Part shown: one piece after another, positions 18,294-29,000 of the stretch
Layout of the letters: every line of letters begins with the position of its first letter
How positions within the stretch are numbered: the first letter of the stretch is position 1
NCBI GenBank assembly: GCA_903870995.1
Contig: CAIQFD010000021.1
Coordinates: 8,461-72,460 of the forward strand
Reading direction: 5' to 3'
Length of the DNA stretch: 64,000 nt
DNA from: an uncultured Methylophilaceae bacterium
GTDB lineage: Bacteria > Pseudomonadota > Gammaproteobacteria > Burkholderiales > Methylophilaceae
The notes under the pieces: model-generated
The model's input: the letters and a program-made list of their open reading frames with translations, nothing else
What the model was told of the DNA's origin: nothing
The model's database searches: none
Position numbers and translations under genes: made by a program

Positions 18294-21200
18294 TTACTCA
18301 TTGCGTTGCCCAAAGCGCTGATAAAGCATAGGTAACAAAATAAGCGTGAGTAATGTGGAGCTGACTAGACCGCCAATCACTACAATCGCTAAAGGTCGCT
18401 GAATCTCAGAGCCAGGTCCTGATGCGAACAGTAGCGGCACTAAGCCAAAAGCGGCAATACTTGCTGTCATGAGCACGGGTCTTAATCTACGTTTTGCACC
18501 TTCAACGACAACTTGGGCAATTGCCATACCCTCGCTTGCGAGTTGATTAAAGTAACTGACCATCACCACCCCGTTGAGCACAGCAATACCTAGTAAAGCA
18601 ATAAAGCCAACGGAAGCGGGCACAGATAAATATTCACCTGAAATCCACAATGCAAAAACGCCACCTATCATGGCAAACGGAATGTTAGAGAGAATAAGCG
18701 CCGCTTGGCGAATAGAATTGAAAGTGGTGTAAAGCAATAAGAAAATTAAACCCAAAGCAATCGGCACCACAATCGCTAAACGTTGTGCAGCGCGTTGCTG
18801 ATTTTCAAACTGACCGCCCCATAGGAGGTGATAGCCTTCACCTAATTTCACTTCAGTGGAGACTCGTTTTTTAGCTTCTTCAACGAAGCCCACTAAGTCG
18901 CGGTCACGCACGTTCACAGTTACTACCACCATACGGTTTGCGCGTTCACGGTCAATTTTGACAGGCCCGTCGGTACGCACTAGTTTCGCAATGGTTGAAA
19001 GTGGAACGCTGACGCCCGATGGAAGGGTGAGACGAATGTTCGCGAACTCGGCTGGAGAGAAGCGTAAAGATTCCTCACCCCTTAAAAGCAAAGGTGTGCG
19101 GCGTTGGCCCTCTTGTACAATGCCTAATACCTTACCTTCCACATGTGCACGCAAAATATCTTCTATTTGCGTAATGTCAAATCCTAGACGCCCAGCGGCC
19201 ATACGGTCTATTTCAACACGCAAATATTGCACACCGCTATTTTGTGGCGTGTAAGCATCTTGGCTACCTTTAATGGATTCAAGGATTTTTTTGATATGCT
19301 GTGCGTGTTGATTGAGCACGTCTAAATCACTACCGAAAATCTTAATCGCTAGGTCCCCCCGCACGCCTAAAATCATTTCATTGACGCGCATATCAATCGG
19401 CTGGGTAAAGCTGTAAGCCATGCCAGGCAGATCTTGCATTACTTCGCGCAGATGATCGATAAGGACGTTTTTGTCAGGTGAGCGCCAAGTGTCACGTGGA
19501 TTAAGAATTAAAAACTGGTCGGTTTGGTTTAAGCCCATCGGGTCTAGACCTAGCTCATCAGAGCCTACACGCGATACCACTTGTTGCACTTCGGGTACGC
19601 GACTCAAAATCGCTTGTTGTAGTTTGCCATCAATCAATAAGCTTTGATTCAAGTTGATGGAGGGTAGTTTCTCAGTGCCAATAATGATGTCGCCTTCATC
19701 CATCGTTGGCATAAATATTTTGCCAATTTGGGTGTAAACGATGCCCGTGGCTAATAGTCCAATGAGTGCGCTAACGACAACTTTACGGCTATTTTTTAGC
19801 GCCCAAGCAAGCGCGGGCTCGTAGATTTTGAGTGCTTTGCGAACGAGCCAAGGCTCTTCATGTTTCATTTTTCCAAGTAATAAAGAAGCAAGTACTGGAA
19901 TCACCGTGAGTGATAAGACTAATGAGCCTGCAAGTGCAAACACAATCGTTAGCGCGACAGGGCTAAATAACTTGCCCTCCAAGCCTTGTAAAGTAAGCAA
20001 TGGCAAAAAGACCGTGATGATAATTAGAATGCCTGCCGTAACTGGCACAGCGACTTCTTGCACTGCAAACGTAATAAGTTCTAGGCGTGTTTTTTTCTCT
20101 GTACTTGGCGCTTCTTGATCTTTAATTAAAGCGGACTCTTCAGCTTGATACTCGTGCTGAGCAAGATGAGCTGCGATGTTTTCAACCACAACCACGGCAG
20201 CATCCACCAACATCCCGATGGCGATAGAAAGGCCACCTAAGCTCATTAAATTAGCCGATAAGTCAAAGCTACGCATGAGGATGAAAGTGACTAAAGCTGC
20301 GAGTGGCAGCGCTAGTGCTACAGTCAGTGCAGCGCGTAGATTGCCTAGGAATAAAATCAGTAAAATCACCACGAGTACAATTGCTTCAAGGAGTGCTTTT
20401 GAAACGCCATGAATGGCACGATCGACTAAACTACCACGGTCATAAAACACTTCGGTTTTAACGCCTTTGGGTAATGTGGGGGCAATTTCTGCCAATCGCT
20501 CGCGCACGCCCTCAACGACTTGTCTTGCATTCGCGCCTCGCAAGCCCAGCACTAACCCTTCAACTGCTTCGCCTTTGCCATTGTGGCTCACAGCGCCATA
20601 TCGCGTGAGTGCGCCAATATTGACACTAGCGATGTCGCTGATGCGAATGGGTGTTCCAGCAGAGGCCTTAATGACGGTATTTCGAACGTCTTCTAGGCTG
20701 TTGAAGCGACCTTCAGCACGGACAATTAGTGACTCTTCACCTTCATTTAATCGTCCTGCGCCATCATTACGATTGTTGCGGTCTAGCGCTTGTTGCAAAT
20801 CATCAAGCGTTATACCACGTGCTGACATGCGGGCTAGGTCGGGCGTGATTTCAAAGCTACGTACTAAGCCACCAAGTGAATTTACATCGGCTACGCCAGC
20901 TACGCTTCGTAACTGTGGACGGATAACCCAGTCCAGTAAGCTGCGTCGCTCCTCTAACGATAGATTGCCGCCCTCGATGGTGAACATAAACATTTCGCCT
21001 AGCGGCGTCGTCATTGGCGCGATTCCGCCAGTAATGTCTTTGGGTAGATTGCCCCATACATTATTGAGACGCTCTGATACTTGTTGCCGAGCCCAATAAA
21101 TATCTGTGCCATCCGCAAAGTCAATGGTGATATCAGTGAGGCCGTACTTCGCAACAGCGCGCAACATGGTTTGCTTCGGCAAGCCGAGCATTTCGACTTC

Positions 21201-21407
21201 TACTGGTGCGGTAATGCGTGCTTCAATCTCTTCAGGTGTTAGGCCTGGGGATTTGATAATAATTTTGACTTGCGTACTAGAAACGTCAGGAAAAGCATCA
21301 ATCGGCAGATTTTGTGCGGCGTAGATACCACCACCAATTAAGCCTGCAACGAAAAGCATAACCAGCAGTCGGCCACGCATAGAAGCTTGAATGATTGCGT
21401 TTAACAT
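18294..21407 (-). CDS. heavy-metal efflux RND pump, CusA/CzcA family
   Basis: 1037 aa with 12 TM segments and two large periplasmic loops. The TM4 motif is AIGMLVDAAVVVVEN. Flanked by adaptor and OMF genes with overlapping junctions. Confidence 0.88.
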   Translation of the reverse strand: MLNAIIQASMRGRLLVMLFVAGLIGGGIYAAQNLPIDAFPDVSSTQVKIIIKSPGLTPEEIEARITAPVEVEMLGLPKQTMLRAVAKYGLTDITIDFADGTDIYWARQQVSERLNNVWGNLPKDITGGIAPMTTPLGEMFMFTIEGGNLSLEERRSLLDWVIRPQLRSVAGVADVNSLGGLVRSFEITPDLARMSARGITLDDLQQALDRNNRNDGAGRLNEGEESLIVRAEGRFNSLEDVRNTVIKASAGTPIRISDIASVNIGALTRYGAVSHNGKGEAVEGLVLGLRGANARQVVEGVRERLAEIAPTLPKGVKTEVFYDRGSLVDRAIHGVSKALLEAIVLVVILLILFLGNLRAALTVALALPLAALVTFILMRSFDLSANLMSLGGLSIAIGMLVDAAVVVVENIAAHLAQHEYQAEESALIKDQEAPSTEKKTRLELITFAVQEVAVPVTAGILIIITVFLPLLTLQGLEGKLFSPVALTIVFALAGSLVLSLTVIPVLASLLLGKMKHEEPWLVRKALKIYEPALAWALKNSRKVVVSALIGLLATGIVYTQIGKIFMPTMDEGDIIIGTEKLPSINLNQSLLIDGKLQQAILSRVPEVQQVVSRVGSDELGLDPMGLNQTDQFLILNPRDTWRSPDKNVLIDHLREVMQDLPGMAYSFTQPIDMRVNEMILGVRGDLAIKIFGSDLDVLNQHAQHIKKILESIKGSQDAYTPQNSGVQYLRVEIDRMAAGRLGFDITQIEDILRAHVEGKVLGIVQEGQRRTPLLLRGEESLRFSPAEFANIRLTLPSGVSVPLSTIAKLVRTDGPVKIDRERANRMVVVTVNVRDRDLVGFVEEAKKRVSTEVKLGEGYHLLWGGQFENQQRAAQRLAIVVPIALGLIFLLLYTTFNSIRQAALILSNIPFAMIGGVFALWISGEYLSVPASVGFIALLGIAVLNGVVMVSYFNQLASEGMAIAQVVVEGAKRRLRPVLMTASIAAFGLVPLLFASGPGSEIQRPLAIVVIGGLVSSTLLTLILLPMLYQRFGQRNE

Positions 21408-22564
21408 TACTCGCCCCCGCCGATGCCTTGCATCTTAGCTTTGAGCGCTGCAGTACCTGATGTAACCAAGCGCTCATTGCCTAAAAAATCACCAGTAACA
21501 AAAGCTTGAGTGCCCGCATTATTAAGCACATTGATCTTGCGCGCCTCAAATCCATCTTTCGTTTGAATAAAGACTAAGGTTTGATTGGCATTTTTACCGT
21601 CGTTAATTTGAACAATCGCGCTTTTTGCAACGCTAAAGCTATTGGATTCCTGTGTAATTGGCTGCGCGATTTCTGCTTCCACTAATTGTCCAGGTGCTAA
21701 CGAAGCTGTGCCTGAACTAATCAACACTCGGACTAAAGCTGTTTGGTCTAGTTTATTGATATTAGGCACAATCGCAATTACCTTGCCTGAAGCTTCAGAA
21801 TGTAAAACACGTACTTTCATGCCCAATTTAATATTGCTCAAGGCTTGCGTTGGTGCATGAATCTCTAGCCAAAGTGGTGAAAGTTTAGCGATACGATAAA
21901 TTGGCATCGCGCTATCCACGCGCTGGCCCGCAGTGATCATTTGCTCAAGTACGATGCCATCAATTGGCGCACTCAGTGTGATGCCATTGGTATAGCTTCC
22001 GTTAGTCTCCAAGCTTTTAATCGCTTGTTGACTCATGCCTGATAGTTTCAAAGCTTGGCGGCGCTCGGCAAGTAGGGCGCTGACTTCAGCATGATTACTC
22101 TCTGATGTGAGGTAACGGCGTTCTGCGATGATGCCATCTTTATAAAGCTCAGCATCACGGTTGAGTGAGTTTTGTGAGAGTCGTTGTTGTGACAAAGCTT
22201 GTAAATGGTCACGCTGCAATGCGACCAAATCAGGGCTGCTCAAATGCGCAAGCGCTTGGCCTTGTTTAACGCGTTGCCCTGTTGCTACCAGCATTTGGTC
22301 TATCAAGCCAGATTGCGGGGCACTAATGATGCGGGCTTGGTCAACAGGCAATACGATTTCACCTGGTAAATGCTGGCTGATGGCATTTTGATTGGTTTTA
22401 ATCTCAGATGTTTCGATACCTAATGCTTTAATTTGCGCTGGGGTAATGCGAATAGTTTCGGCTGCATTGGCAATGCCGAAGCTAATAGATAGCAAACACA
22501 CTAAAAGAAGAAGGTATTTTGAAGGTGTTCGCATATGAATTCCTAAATCTTGAAATTGGCTCAT
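21407..22564 (-). CDS. RND efflux periplasmic adaptor (CusB/CzcB-like membrane fusion protein)
   Basis: Signal/anchor sequence KYLLLLVCLLSISFGIANA followed by MFP-type barrel/lipoyl-like segments. TAATG overlap with the pump gene. The ATG at 22564 overlaps the OMF stop (ATGA); an alternative start is at 22534. Confidence 0.8.
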   Translation of the reverse strand: MSQFQDLGIHMRTPSKYLLLLVCLLSISFGIANAAETIRITPAQIKALGIETSEIKTNQNAISQHLPGEIVLPVDQARIISAPQSGLIDQMLVATGQRVKQGQALAHLSSPDLVALQRDHLQALSQQRLSQNSLNRDAELYKDGIIAERRYLTSESNHAEVSALLAERRQALKLSGMSQQAIKSLETNGSYTNGITLSAPIDGIVLEQMITAGQRVDSAMPIYRIAKLSPLWLEIHAPTQALSNIKLGMKVRVLHSEASGKVIAIVPNINKLDQTALVRVLISSGTASLAPGQLVEAEIAQPITQESNSFSVAKSAIVQINDGKNANQTLVFIQTKDGFEARKINVLNNAGTQAFVTGDFLGNERLVTSGTAALKAKMQGIGGGE

Positions 22565-23823
22565 GGCATTGCTCCTGCAGCTTGGTTGTAATGGGCTGTA
22601 TCCCATTGCAATTGAATTTGGCGTTGTTTCATTGCGCGCTCTGCCTCATAAGCCGAGGCTTGCACACGTAAAAGACTTACTAAATCAGTTTCGCCCAAGG
22701 TGAACGCTTTTTTAGCAAGGCGTAAGCTCTCTTGCGCGTTGGCATGCTGTTTAGTGGTAATGGCAAGCTCGGCCGTTGTGACTTCTAAATTATGCTCAGC
22801 CTCGTGAAAGGCTGCTTCCAAGGTGTAGCGCAAATGCTGTGCTTCGGTTTGGTTCTTTGCGTAGTTCACTTCAGCATTCGCTACTAAAGGCGCACTATGG
22901 GATTCCGTTTCAAACGGTATGCGTAATTTCAAACCTAAGCTTTCATTTGATTGATTATCAAAAGGCCCTCGCTGGGTTCGCGCACTCAGTGATACGGTTG
23001 GATTTTCACGACGTTCGATTTTGATTAAACTACGCTCATCATCTGCCAACAATATTTTCTTAGAGGCATCGCGCAGTGCGGGATGATTGTCATCTAGGGA
23101 TGATTTGACTTGTTGCTCAATGAAACTTTCAGGAATCGCGTTTAAGCCAGTGAGTAACTTATATCTGAACTGCGCGTGCTTCACTTCAGCTTCAGCGCGA
23201 AGTAAAAACGTTTCCGCTTGATAAGCTTCGTTTTGCGCCAGCATGATATCGGTTTTTGGTAAATCGCCTGCTTTTACACGTTTTTCTACATCACTCAGTA
23301 AGGCTAAAGACGTTTGGTGACGGCTTTTTGCTAGCGTTGCTTGGTGCATCATCATGGCGATATCCCAAAGCGCATCACGCACCATGCCAGCTACCTGCAA
23401 ACTGAGTGTTGCGCGGGTATCAACCAAGCCTAGAGCTGCATCGCGTGCAATCGCTTCACGTGCCGCTCTTTGGCCTGGTAACCAAACGGGCAACTCAAGT
23501 TCCGCTTCCCACTCCCGCTCACCGCGATTGCTGGTGATTGCGTCATTTCGGTTCAACAGGCCAATGGCAGGGGCGGCAGGCAATATGCCGTTCGCACGTT
23601 TGTTTTTCGCATCAATTTCGATTTGTTTGGCCGCTAGCAAACCGCTGTCAGGATAACGAACGATGGTTTTTTCAACCAAGTCGTGCAGGCTAAGCTGAGG
23701 GCTTATTTGCAAATCATGGTCGTGATCATCTTGCTCAGCAAAAGCTGGGCTATTCGCAAGCAAAGCCAATAACATCCATGTGAAAAACGTTGGTGGATTA
23801 AATAATCTAAATTTTTGAAACAT
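22561..23823 (-). CDS. outer membrane efflux protein (CusC/CzcC/TolC family)
   Basis: Signal peptide MFQKFRLFNPPTFFTWMLLALLANSPAFA, then two repeated OEP-type helical halves. First gene of the C-B-A operon. Confidence 0.8.
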   Translation of the reverse strand: MFQKFRLFNPPTFFTWMLLALLANSPAFAEQDDHDHDLQISPQLSLHDLVEKTIVRYPDSGLLAAKQIEIDAKNKRANGILPAAPAIGLLNRNDAITSNRGEREWEAELELPVWLPGQRAAREAIARDAALGLVDTRATLSLQVAGMVRDALWDIAMMMHQATLAKSRHQTSLALLSDVEKRVKAGDLPKTDIMLAQNEAYQAETFLLRAEAEVKHAQFRYKLLTGLNAIPESFIEQQVKSSLDDNHPALRDASKKILLADDERSLIKIERRENPTVSLSARTQRGPFDNQSNESLGLKLRIPFETESHSAPLVANAEVNYAKNQTEAQHLRYTLEAAFHEAEHNLEVTTAELAITTKQHANAQESLRLAKKAFTLGETDLVSLLRVQASAYEAERAMKQRQIQLQWDTAHYNQAAGAMP

Positions 23824-23894
23824 CACATCACTCCAATTAATACCAAGACTAAGCATTTAAGTGCTTAGTGAAAACGGCAATTGCCGTCTAAGAA

Positions 23895-24290
23895 TTAATA
23901 GCGTGAGGGCGGAGCGCGCGGCGGGGAGGTGCGATTAAAGTGTGGTTTTACAATAGGGGATGAAGCTAAGTTGTAAAACCGTCTAACGTAAACCAAGTAT
24001 AGGCTGAGTGTCGCGAATACGAATAAAACGGGAAGCAAGAATTTGAATTCAAATTTCTCAGAAACGCCGGTGAACATACCGATGCTGTGTTCGGAAAGCA
24101 CTTCATTATGGATGGTTGGTTTCTGAAAGCCAGGCGTTGCAGCTGACTCAATTTCGTCTATGTGAATATGAATACCAGGCGTTTTGTCGACAGCACCAAT
24201 CCCAAAGGCATGGGCGTGCAAAAATGGCGAGATCAGCTGTAAAGCCACTAGCCAAAAGATGAAAAACTGAATGTGCCGTTTTTTGTTCAA
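23895..24290 (-). CDS. small His-rich two-TM protein upstream of the HME-RND operon (function unknown)
   Basis: 131 aa with N-terminal TM FFIFWLVALQLI followed by SPFLHAHAFG...GIHIHID, a second TM near the C-terminus and a Pro/Arg-rich tail. Co-directional with the OMF gene, 38 nt upstream of its longest ORF. Confidence 0.5.
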   Translation of the reverse strand: MNKKRHIQFFIFWLVALQLISPFLHAHAFGIGAVDKTPGIHIHIDEIESAATPGFQKPTIHNEVLSEHSIGMFTGVSEKFEFKFLLPVLFVFATLSLYLVYVRRFYNLASSPIVKPHFNRTSPPRAPPSRY

Positions 24291-24397
24291 GTTGCTCGCT
24301 AATTAAATGGGCGTTTCAATATACCTGTAAGCCATTATAGGGCGAGATGCTAGATAAAAGAAAGTGAACGTTTTTTGAAGCGGTTACTTATGGAGGA

Positions 24398-26068
24398 TTA
24401 ATTCACGCGGACGAGTTTTTCTCTATCGCCATCGGCGATGATTTTGCCGCCATCTAAAGCGATGACACGCTTGGCGGCTGCAAGCATCACGGCGCTGTGC
24501 GTAGTCATGATCAGCACGTCATTTTCACCGAGTAGCTGTGGCAAACGTTCAGCCAGTAGGCGTTCGCCATCGGGGTCTAAGCCTAGTGTTGGTTCATCTA
24601 ACAGCAAAATACGGCAAGGCTGAGCAAAGGTGCGGGCAAGGGCAACTTTTTGACGTTGTCCGCCAGATAAGTTGCGGCCGCCTTCTTCTAACTGCATGCC
24701 CAGTGTCATGCGGCCAGATTTAATCTCATCCGCCAAGCCAGAAGCCCAAAGCGCTTTTACAAAGCGTTCGTCATTCGCAATGACGCCAGCAACGAGTAAG
24801 TTTTCTTCTAATGTACCAGCAAATAAATTCGGGTCTTGTGACTTCCAAGCCAGCCATTTAGCACGATCTTGTGCTGAAATATCTTTAATCTCTAAGCCAT
24901 CAAATAAGATTTGGCCAGAACTAGCGGAGCTTAATCCGGCCAAGCAACGCATCAGCGTTGTTTTGCCTGCGCCAGGTTTGCCAAGTAGAGCAATGCGCTC
25001 GCCCGCTTTGATAGAAATTGAAACGCTTTCTAAAGCTACAGGGCGATCTGGATATTGTTTGCTCAGGTTAATAATGTCGATATTGCCTGCTACCATGTCG
25101 CGCGGAGTAAGTGCGCGGTCATCAACCGGCTTAAGGCTATCCTCCATCCGTTTTGCTGCGCGGCCAAAATCTTGCCATTTTCCAAGCACCATAAATAATG
25201 AAGTGACTAGAGACATGGCGCGTGAGGTGAGTAAGTTGCAAGCAATTAGACCACCCACTGAAAGTTCGCGCGCATCAATTAAGTAAGCGCCTGAAATAAG
25301 CATCACCACTGTGCTAAATGTAATCATCGAGGCGGAAAGGTTGTTGCTATGGGTAGTCGCTAAGCGACGTTCGCCATCTGCAATCGCGGTAGTTTCTGAA
25401 TGCTGAGCCCAGCGATTTAAAAATCGTGCTGAGTTTGGCACGGTACGTACGACATCTAAGGAGCCCAACACCTCGCCCATAAAGCTGAGTTTGAGCGTGT
25501 TTTCTTTTTCGGCGATTTTACTTTTCTCAGTGCTGCGGTTTTGCAATACATAACCAATTGCGGTGTAACTCAGCACCAACAGGATAGAAACAATCACCAA
25601 CTGCCAAGCGATTAAAGCCACTGCGAATAAGTAAAGTAGCAAGAAGGGCAGGTCTGCTAGGGCTAATAGATAAGTGGATGAAACAAAGTCGCGAGAGGCT
25701 GATAAATCCCGGTAGTTAGATAAAAACTTCGCAAAACCGCCTGTGATATCAGTTTGTCCGATGAGCCTGCGCCACAAATTTTCATCTGCACTTTTGGTCA
25801 GCTTTTCTGCTAAATGCTCGGTTGACCAAGCGCGCACAAAACGCATCCCTGCATCGGTTGCAAGGTAAATCAACATCCCAAAGGTGAGTGCCCAAAGCGT
25901 TTCAAAAATGCCGTTGTTAACAACCTTGTCGTAAATCAGCATAGAGAATAGCGGTAAAAGCAACTGCCCAGCGTTAACAAATAGGCTCGCTAATCCAACT
26001 TCCACCCAAGCGCCTCGGAGGGCATGCCAGAGGGGCTTTAGGGTATGTGTGGCTGGTTGGCTTATCAT
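24398..26068 (-). CDS. type I secretion ABC exporter (fused TMD-NBD, no N-terminal C39/CLD domain)
   Basis: 556 aa. The TMD begins near residue 20. Walker A GKPGAGKTT, signature LSGGQRQKV, Walker B ILLLDEPT, H-loop TTHS. Starts 7 nt after the RTX gene stop. Confidence 0.88.
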   Translation of the reverse strand: MISQPATHTLKPLWHALRGAWVEVGLASLFVNAGQLLLPLFSMLIYDKVVNNGIFETLWALTFGMLIYLATDAGMRFVRAWSTEHLAEKLTKSADENLWRRLIGQTDITGGFAKFLSNYRDLSASRDFVSSTYLLALADLPFLLLYLFAVALIAWQLVIVSILLVLSYTAIGYVLQNRSTEKSKIAEKENTLKLSFMGEVLGSLDVVRTVPNSARFLNRWAQHSETTAIADGERRLATTHSNNLSASMITFSTVVMLISGAYLIDARELSVGGLIACNLLTSRAMSLVTSLFMVLGKWQDFGRAAKRMEDSLKPVDDRALTPRDMVAGNIDIINLSKQYPDRPVALESVSISIKAGERIALLGKPGAGKTTLMRCLAGLSSASSGQILFDGLEIKDISAQDRAKWLAWKSQDPNLFAGTLEENLLVAGVIANDERFVKALWASGLADEIKSGRMTLGMQLEEGGRNLSGGQRQKVALARTFAQPCRILLLDEPTLGLDPDGERLLAERLPQLLGENDVLIMTTHSAVMLAAAKRVIALDGGKIIADGDREKLVRVN

Positions 26069-26075
26069 TAGGAGA

Positions 26076-29000
26076 TTATGCTGCTGCCCAGTTTATTGTG
26101 GCGATAACTGCACCACCATTGTATACAGTATGCGTGCCCGCTGTTGCCGAGCCTAATAATGTTGCAGAGCCTGTTGCGCTGTCAAATGTGCTGCCACCTG
26201 AAAGGATGAGCGAGTCTCCGGTGTCGTGGATGATTTTCAATGTTGGATTGGTGGTGTCAACGAAATTGATAATATCAGCAGCACTCAAAGTCACAGCTGT
26301 GTTTGCACTGTCTCCTTTGATGTTTAGAACTTCATTCGATGTACTAATTGCTGATATGGTGCTTAGGGAATAGGTGGTGCTTAATCCCTTTAGCTGGATT
26401 GTGTCGGTTCCTGTGTTGCCGTTAATATCAATTGGCAATGTGGAGTTAACATTGAGAATAAATGTGTCGTTTGCAGTAGACCCAATAAACTTTTCTATTG
26501 AGTTGAATGTATCGCCTGTGGCGTGCCCAGTTTCTAAGTTTGAAATGGACGATGTCGTAGAGTTTATATCTACCGTGACACTACCAGAGTTAGCATAAGT
26601 AACGGTATCAGTCCCTGCCCCACCGTTGAAAGCATCGGCCCCGTTACCCCCATCCATAGTATCATCTCCATTTCCTCCGTTAAGGGTGTCATCGCCATCA
26701 CCGCCTCTTAACGTGTCATTTCCATCACCACCGTTTAAGGTGTCATTTCCTCCAGCACCTTGCAGGATGTTGTCTCGGCTATTGCCTGTAATCACGTCGT
26801 TGTAATCGCTACCGTTGACGTTGTCGAAATTGCTGATGGTGTCGTTTCCACTACCACCAGTAACGTTATAGCCACTCGTTACTGTTAAGTTAACTGTAAC
26901 ACCTTGCCCAGCTTCACTTCCAATCGCACTTTTCCCAGCCCATTTATAGTCGATGGTGTTTGAGTACGCCATGTTATTTGCAATAATGACATTGTCTACA
27001 TTGGAAGCAAATATGGTGCCATTGTAATTGGTGTTTAGTATGGTGATATTTTCGATGCTCTTTAGTGTTAGATATCCGCCCAATCCACTTTGCGTTCCAC
27101 CTGTTGAATAATCGATGATGTTATTCGGTGAGAATGTACCAGTTGTCGTATCATCTTTCCCCATGTCAAGCGTATAGACAGTTGGAGTCGCAGCAAAAAC
27201 AAAAGTATCAGTGCCTGCGCCACCGTCAATTATATCTTGTTTATTATCAAGATATTTTGTAACGGTGATTATGTCATTGCCATCGCCACCATAAATAGTG
27301 GTGTTGCCTACTAAGCCTGTAAATATCTGGTCGTTACCAGCGCCGCCATAAATAGTATTTGAGTCTTTGAGCAAGTCACCTGTCTTCGTATAGCTCCCTG
27401 TTAATATATCGTCACCACTTGTGCCCACAAGCACTTGAATATTCGTATAAGTATCTTTTATAGCATCGCCAGTATTGTTTGCGGTTAAAGAGCCGTATGT
27501 AATACCATTAATGACGATTGCTGCACCATTATTAAGTGAGGCAGTTATTGCGCTTGCGCTGTTTGCATAAGTGACCGTGTTAATGCCACCACCACCATCA
27601 AATTTGTTGCCCAGTACATTACTGTTGCCAGTGAAGGTGTCGTCAAATGCTGAGCCTGTGATGTTTTGAATATTGATTAGAATATCACCGCTTGCATCAC
27701 CAGCACTCACTTGCTGGTCAGTATTGCTGAGGTCAACGGTTACGCCTGCACTGGAGTGAGTGTAAGTCACGGTGTCGGTTACGCCAGTATTGTTAGCTCC
27801 TCCATCAATAACGTTGGCATTGCTATCGCCTTCTAAAGTATCTGCAAATTTACCACCAGTAAGGTTTTCTATTCCATCGTAGGTGTCGTATTTTGCATCG
27901 CCTGCTAAGCCCTGTTTTAGCGATAAGCTAGCACTAATTGAGCCAGTCGCATATTTGTAACTGACGGTGTCACCTTGAAGGTTTGTCGTTTGATTGTAAG
28001 TTCCATCAATCGGGGTGTTGTTTCCACCAATAAAAGTGTCTCCCCCTGCAATTCCCATTAGCGTATCGTTACCATCACCACCGTCTAATATGTTTTTGTT
28101 GTTATCGCCAATTAGGATGTCGTTGTAACTAGAGCCAGTTAAATTTTCTATCGTTCCAGTAATAAATACATCACCAACAGCTTGAGCGCCACTATTGACC
28201 TCGGTGATGGAGCCATCATTTGATAGCTTTGCGACAATTCCTTCACTTGAGAATGTATAGGTAACGGTATCGCTTCCATAGCCACCGTTCATAATGTCTG
28301 CGCCAAGCCCGCCATAGATAATGTCGTTACCGGAGCCAGCATTTATCGTGTCATTGCCATCGCCTGCGTTAATGATTGTGCCAACACCTCTTTGCGGAAG
28401 CACCATCATTTGTGTGCCGTATGTATTGGCCACATTAAAATCCGACTCGGACACTGCATCACGCCAGGTCATATTTAGGTTGTTAATCACTTGAAAGTTA
28501 AATGCACCGATTTTGCCGTCTACTGTCACATCGCCGATAAAATCGACTATTTTTGAAGTGTCTAGTGAGGCAGATGTAATATTTTTCGCTTCGTAAACAA
28601 TTCCAACATTTACGCCATCCTTAAGCATGGCTGTGGTTGGTGTAATGTGCCAAGTGTAAGGAATGGTGGCATCGCGTGTGATTTCAGCACCATCAATGCT
28701 GACAAGATCAAAGCCTGGAATATCACCAATATTGTTAGAAAAGTTAATGGTAATAGCACTAATGCTCCCAAAGTTATCAATGCCGATGTGAAGGTTTTTA
28801 CTCCACTCTGCTGGTGCGCTACTAAAATTGGAGTTGTGGTTTATTACGTCATTACCAGCGCTTCCAGTGATTGTTTCTACATAAGACTGGTTTTGTGGAC
28901 TGGCATTGATGGCAAGCTGCGTCGCGCTTGCGGTAGCACTATATTCGCCACGCGGGTCAGCGTGAGACATTCCATCGTAAGTGACCTTTAATTCAGATGA

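Noticed and set aside
20467-21099. 210-aa plus-strand ORF (and other ORFs at 18856-19254, 19828-20118, 20176-20412, 21106-21324) inside the RND pump gene
   Set aside because: They are antisense to a 1037-aa gene with clear family motifs. The translations are Ser/Arg/Pro/Thr-rich low-complexity sequences typical of antisense frames of moderately GC-rich genes, and no start context is present.
24672-25286. 204-aa plus-strand ORF inside the T1SS ABC gene, and ORFs at 28647-28991 and 29098-29589 inside the RTX gene
   Set aside because: These are antisense shadows of strongly supported genes. They have no recognisable motifs or ribosome-binding sites, and their composition is that expected from reverse frames of Gly/Asp/Thr-rich repeats.
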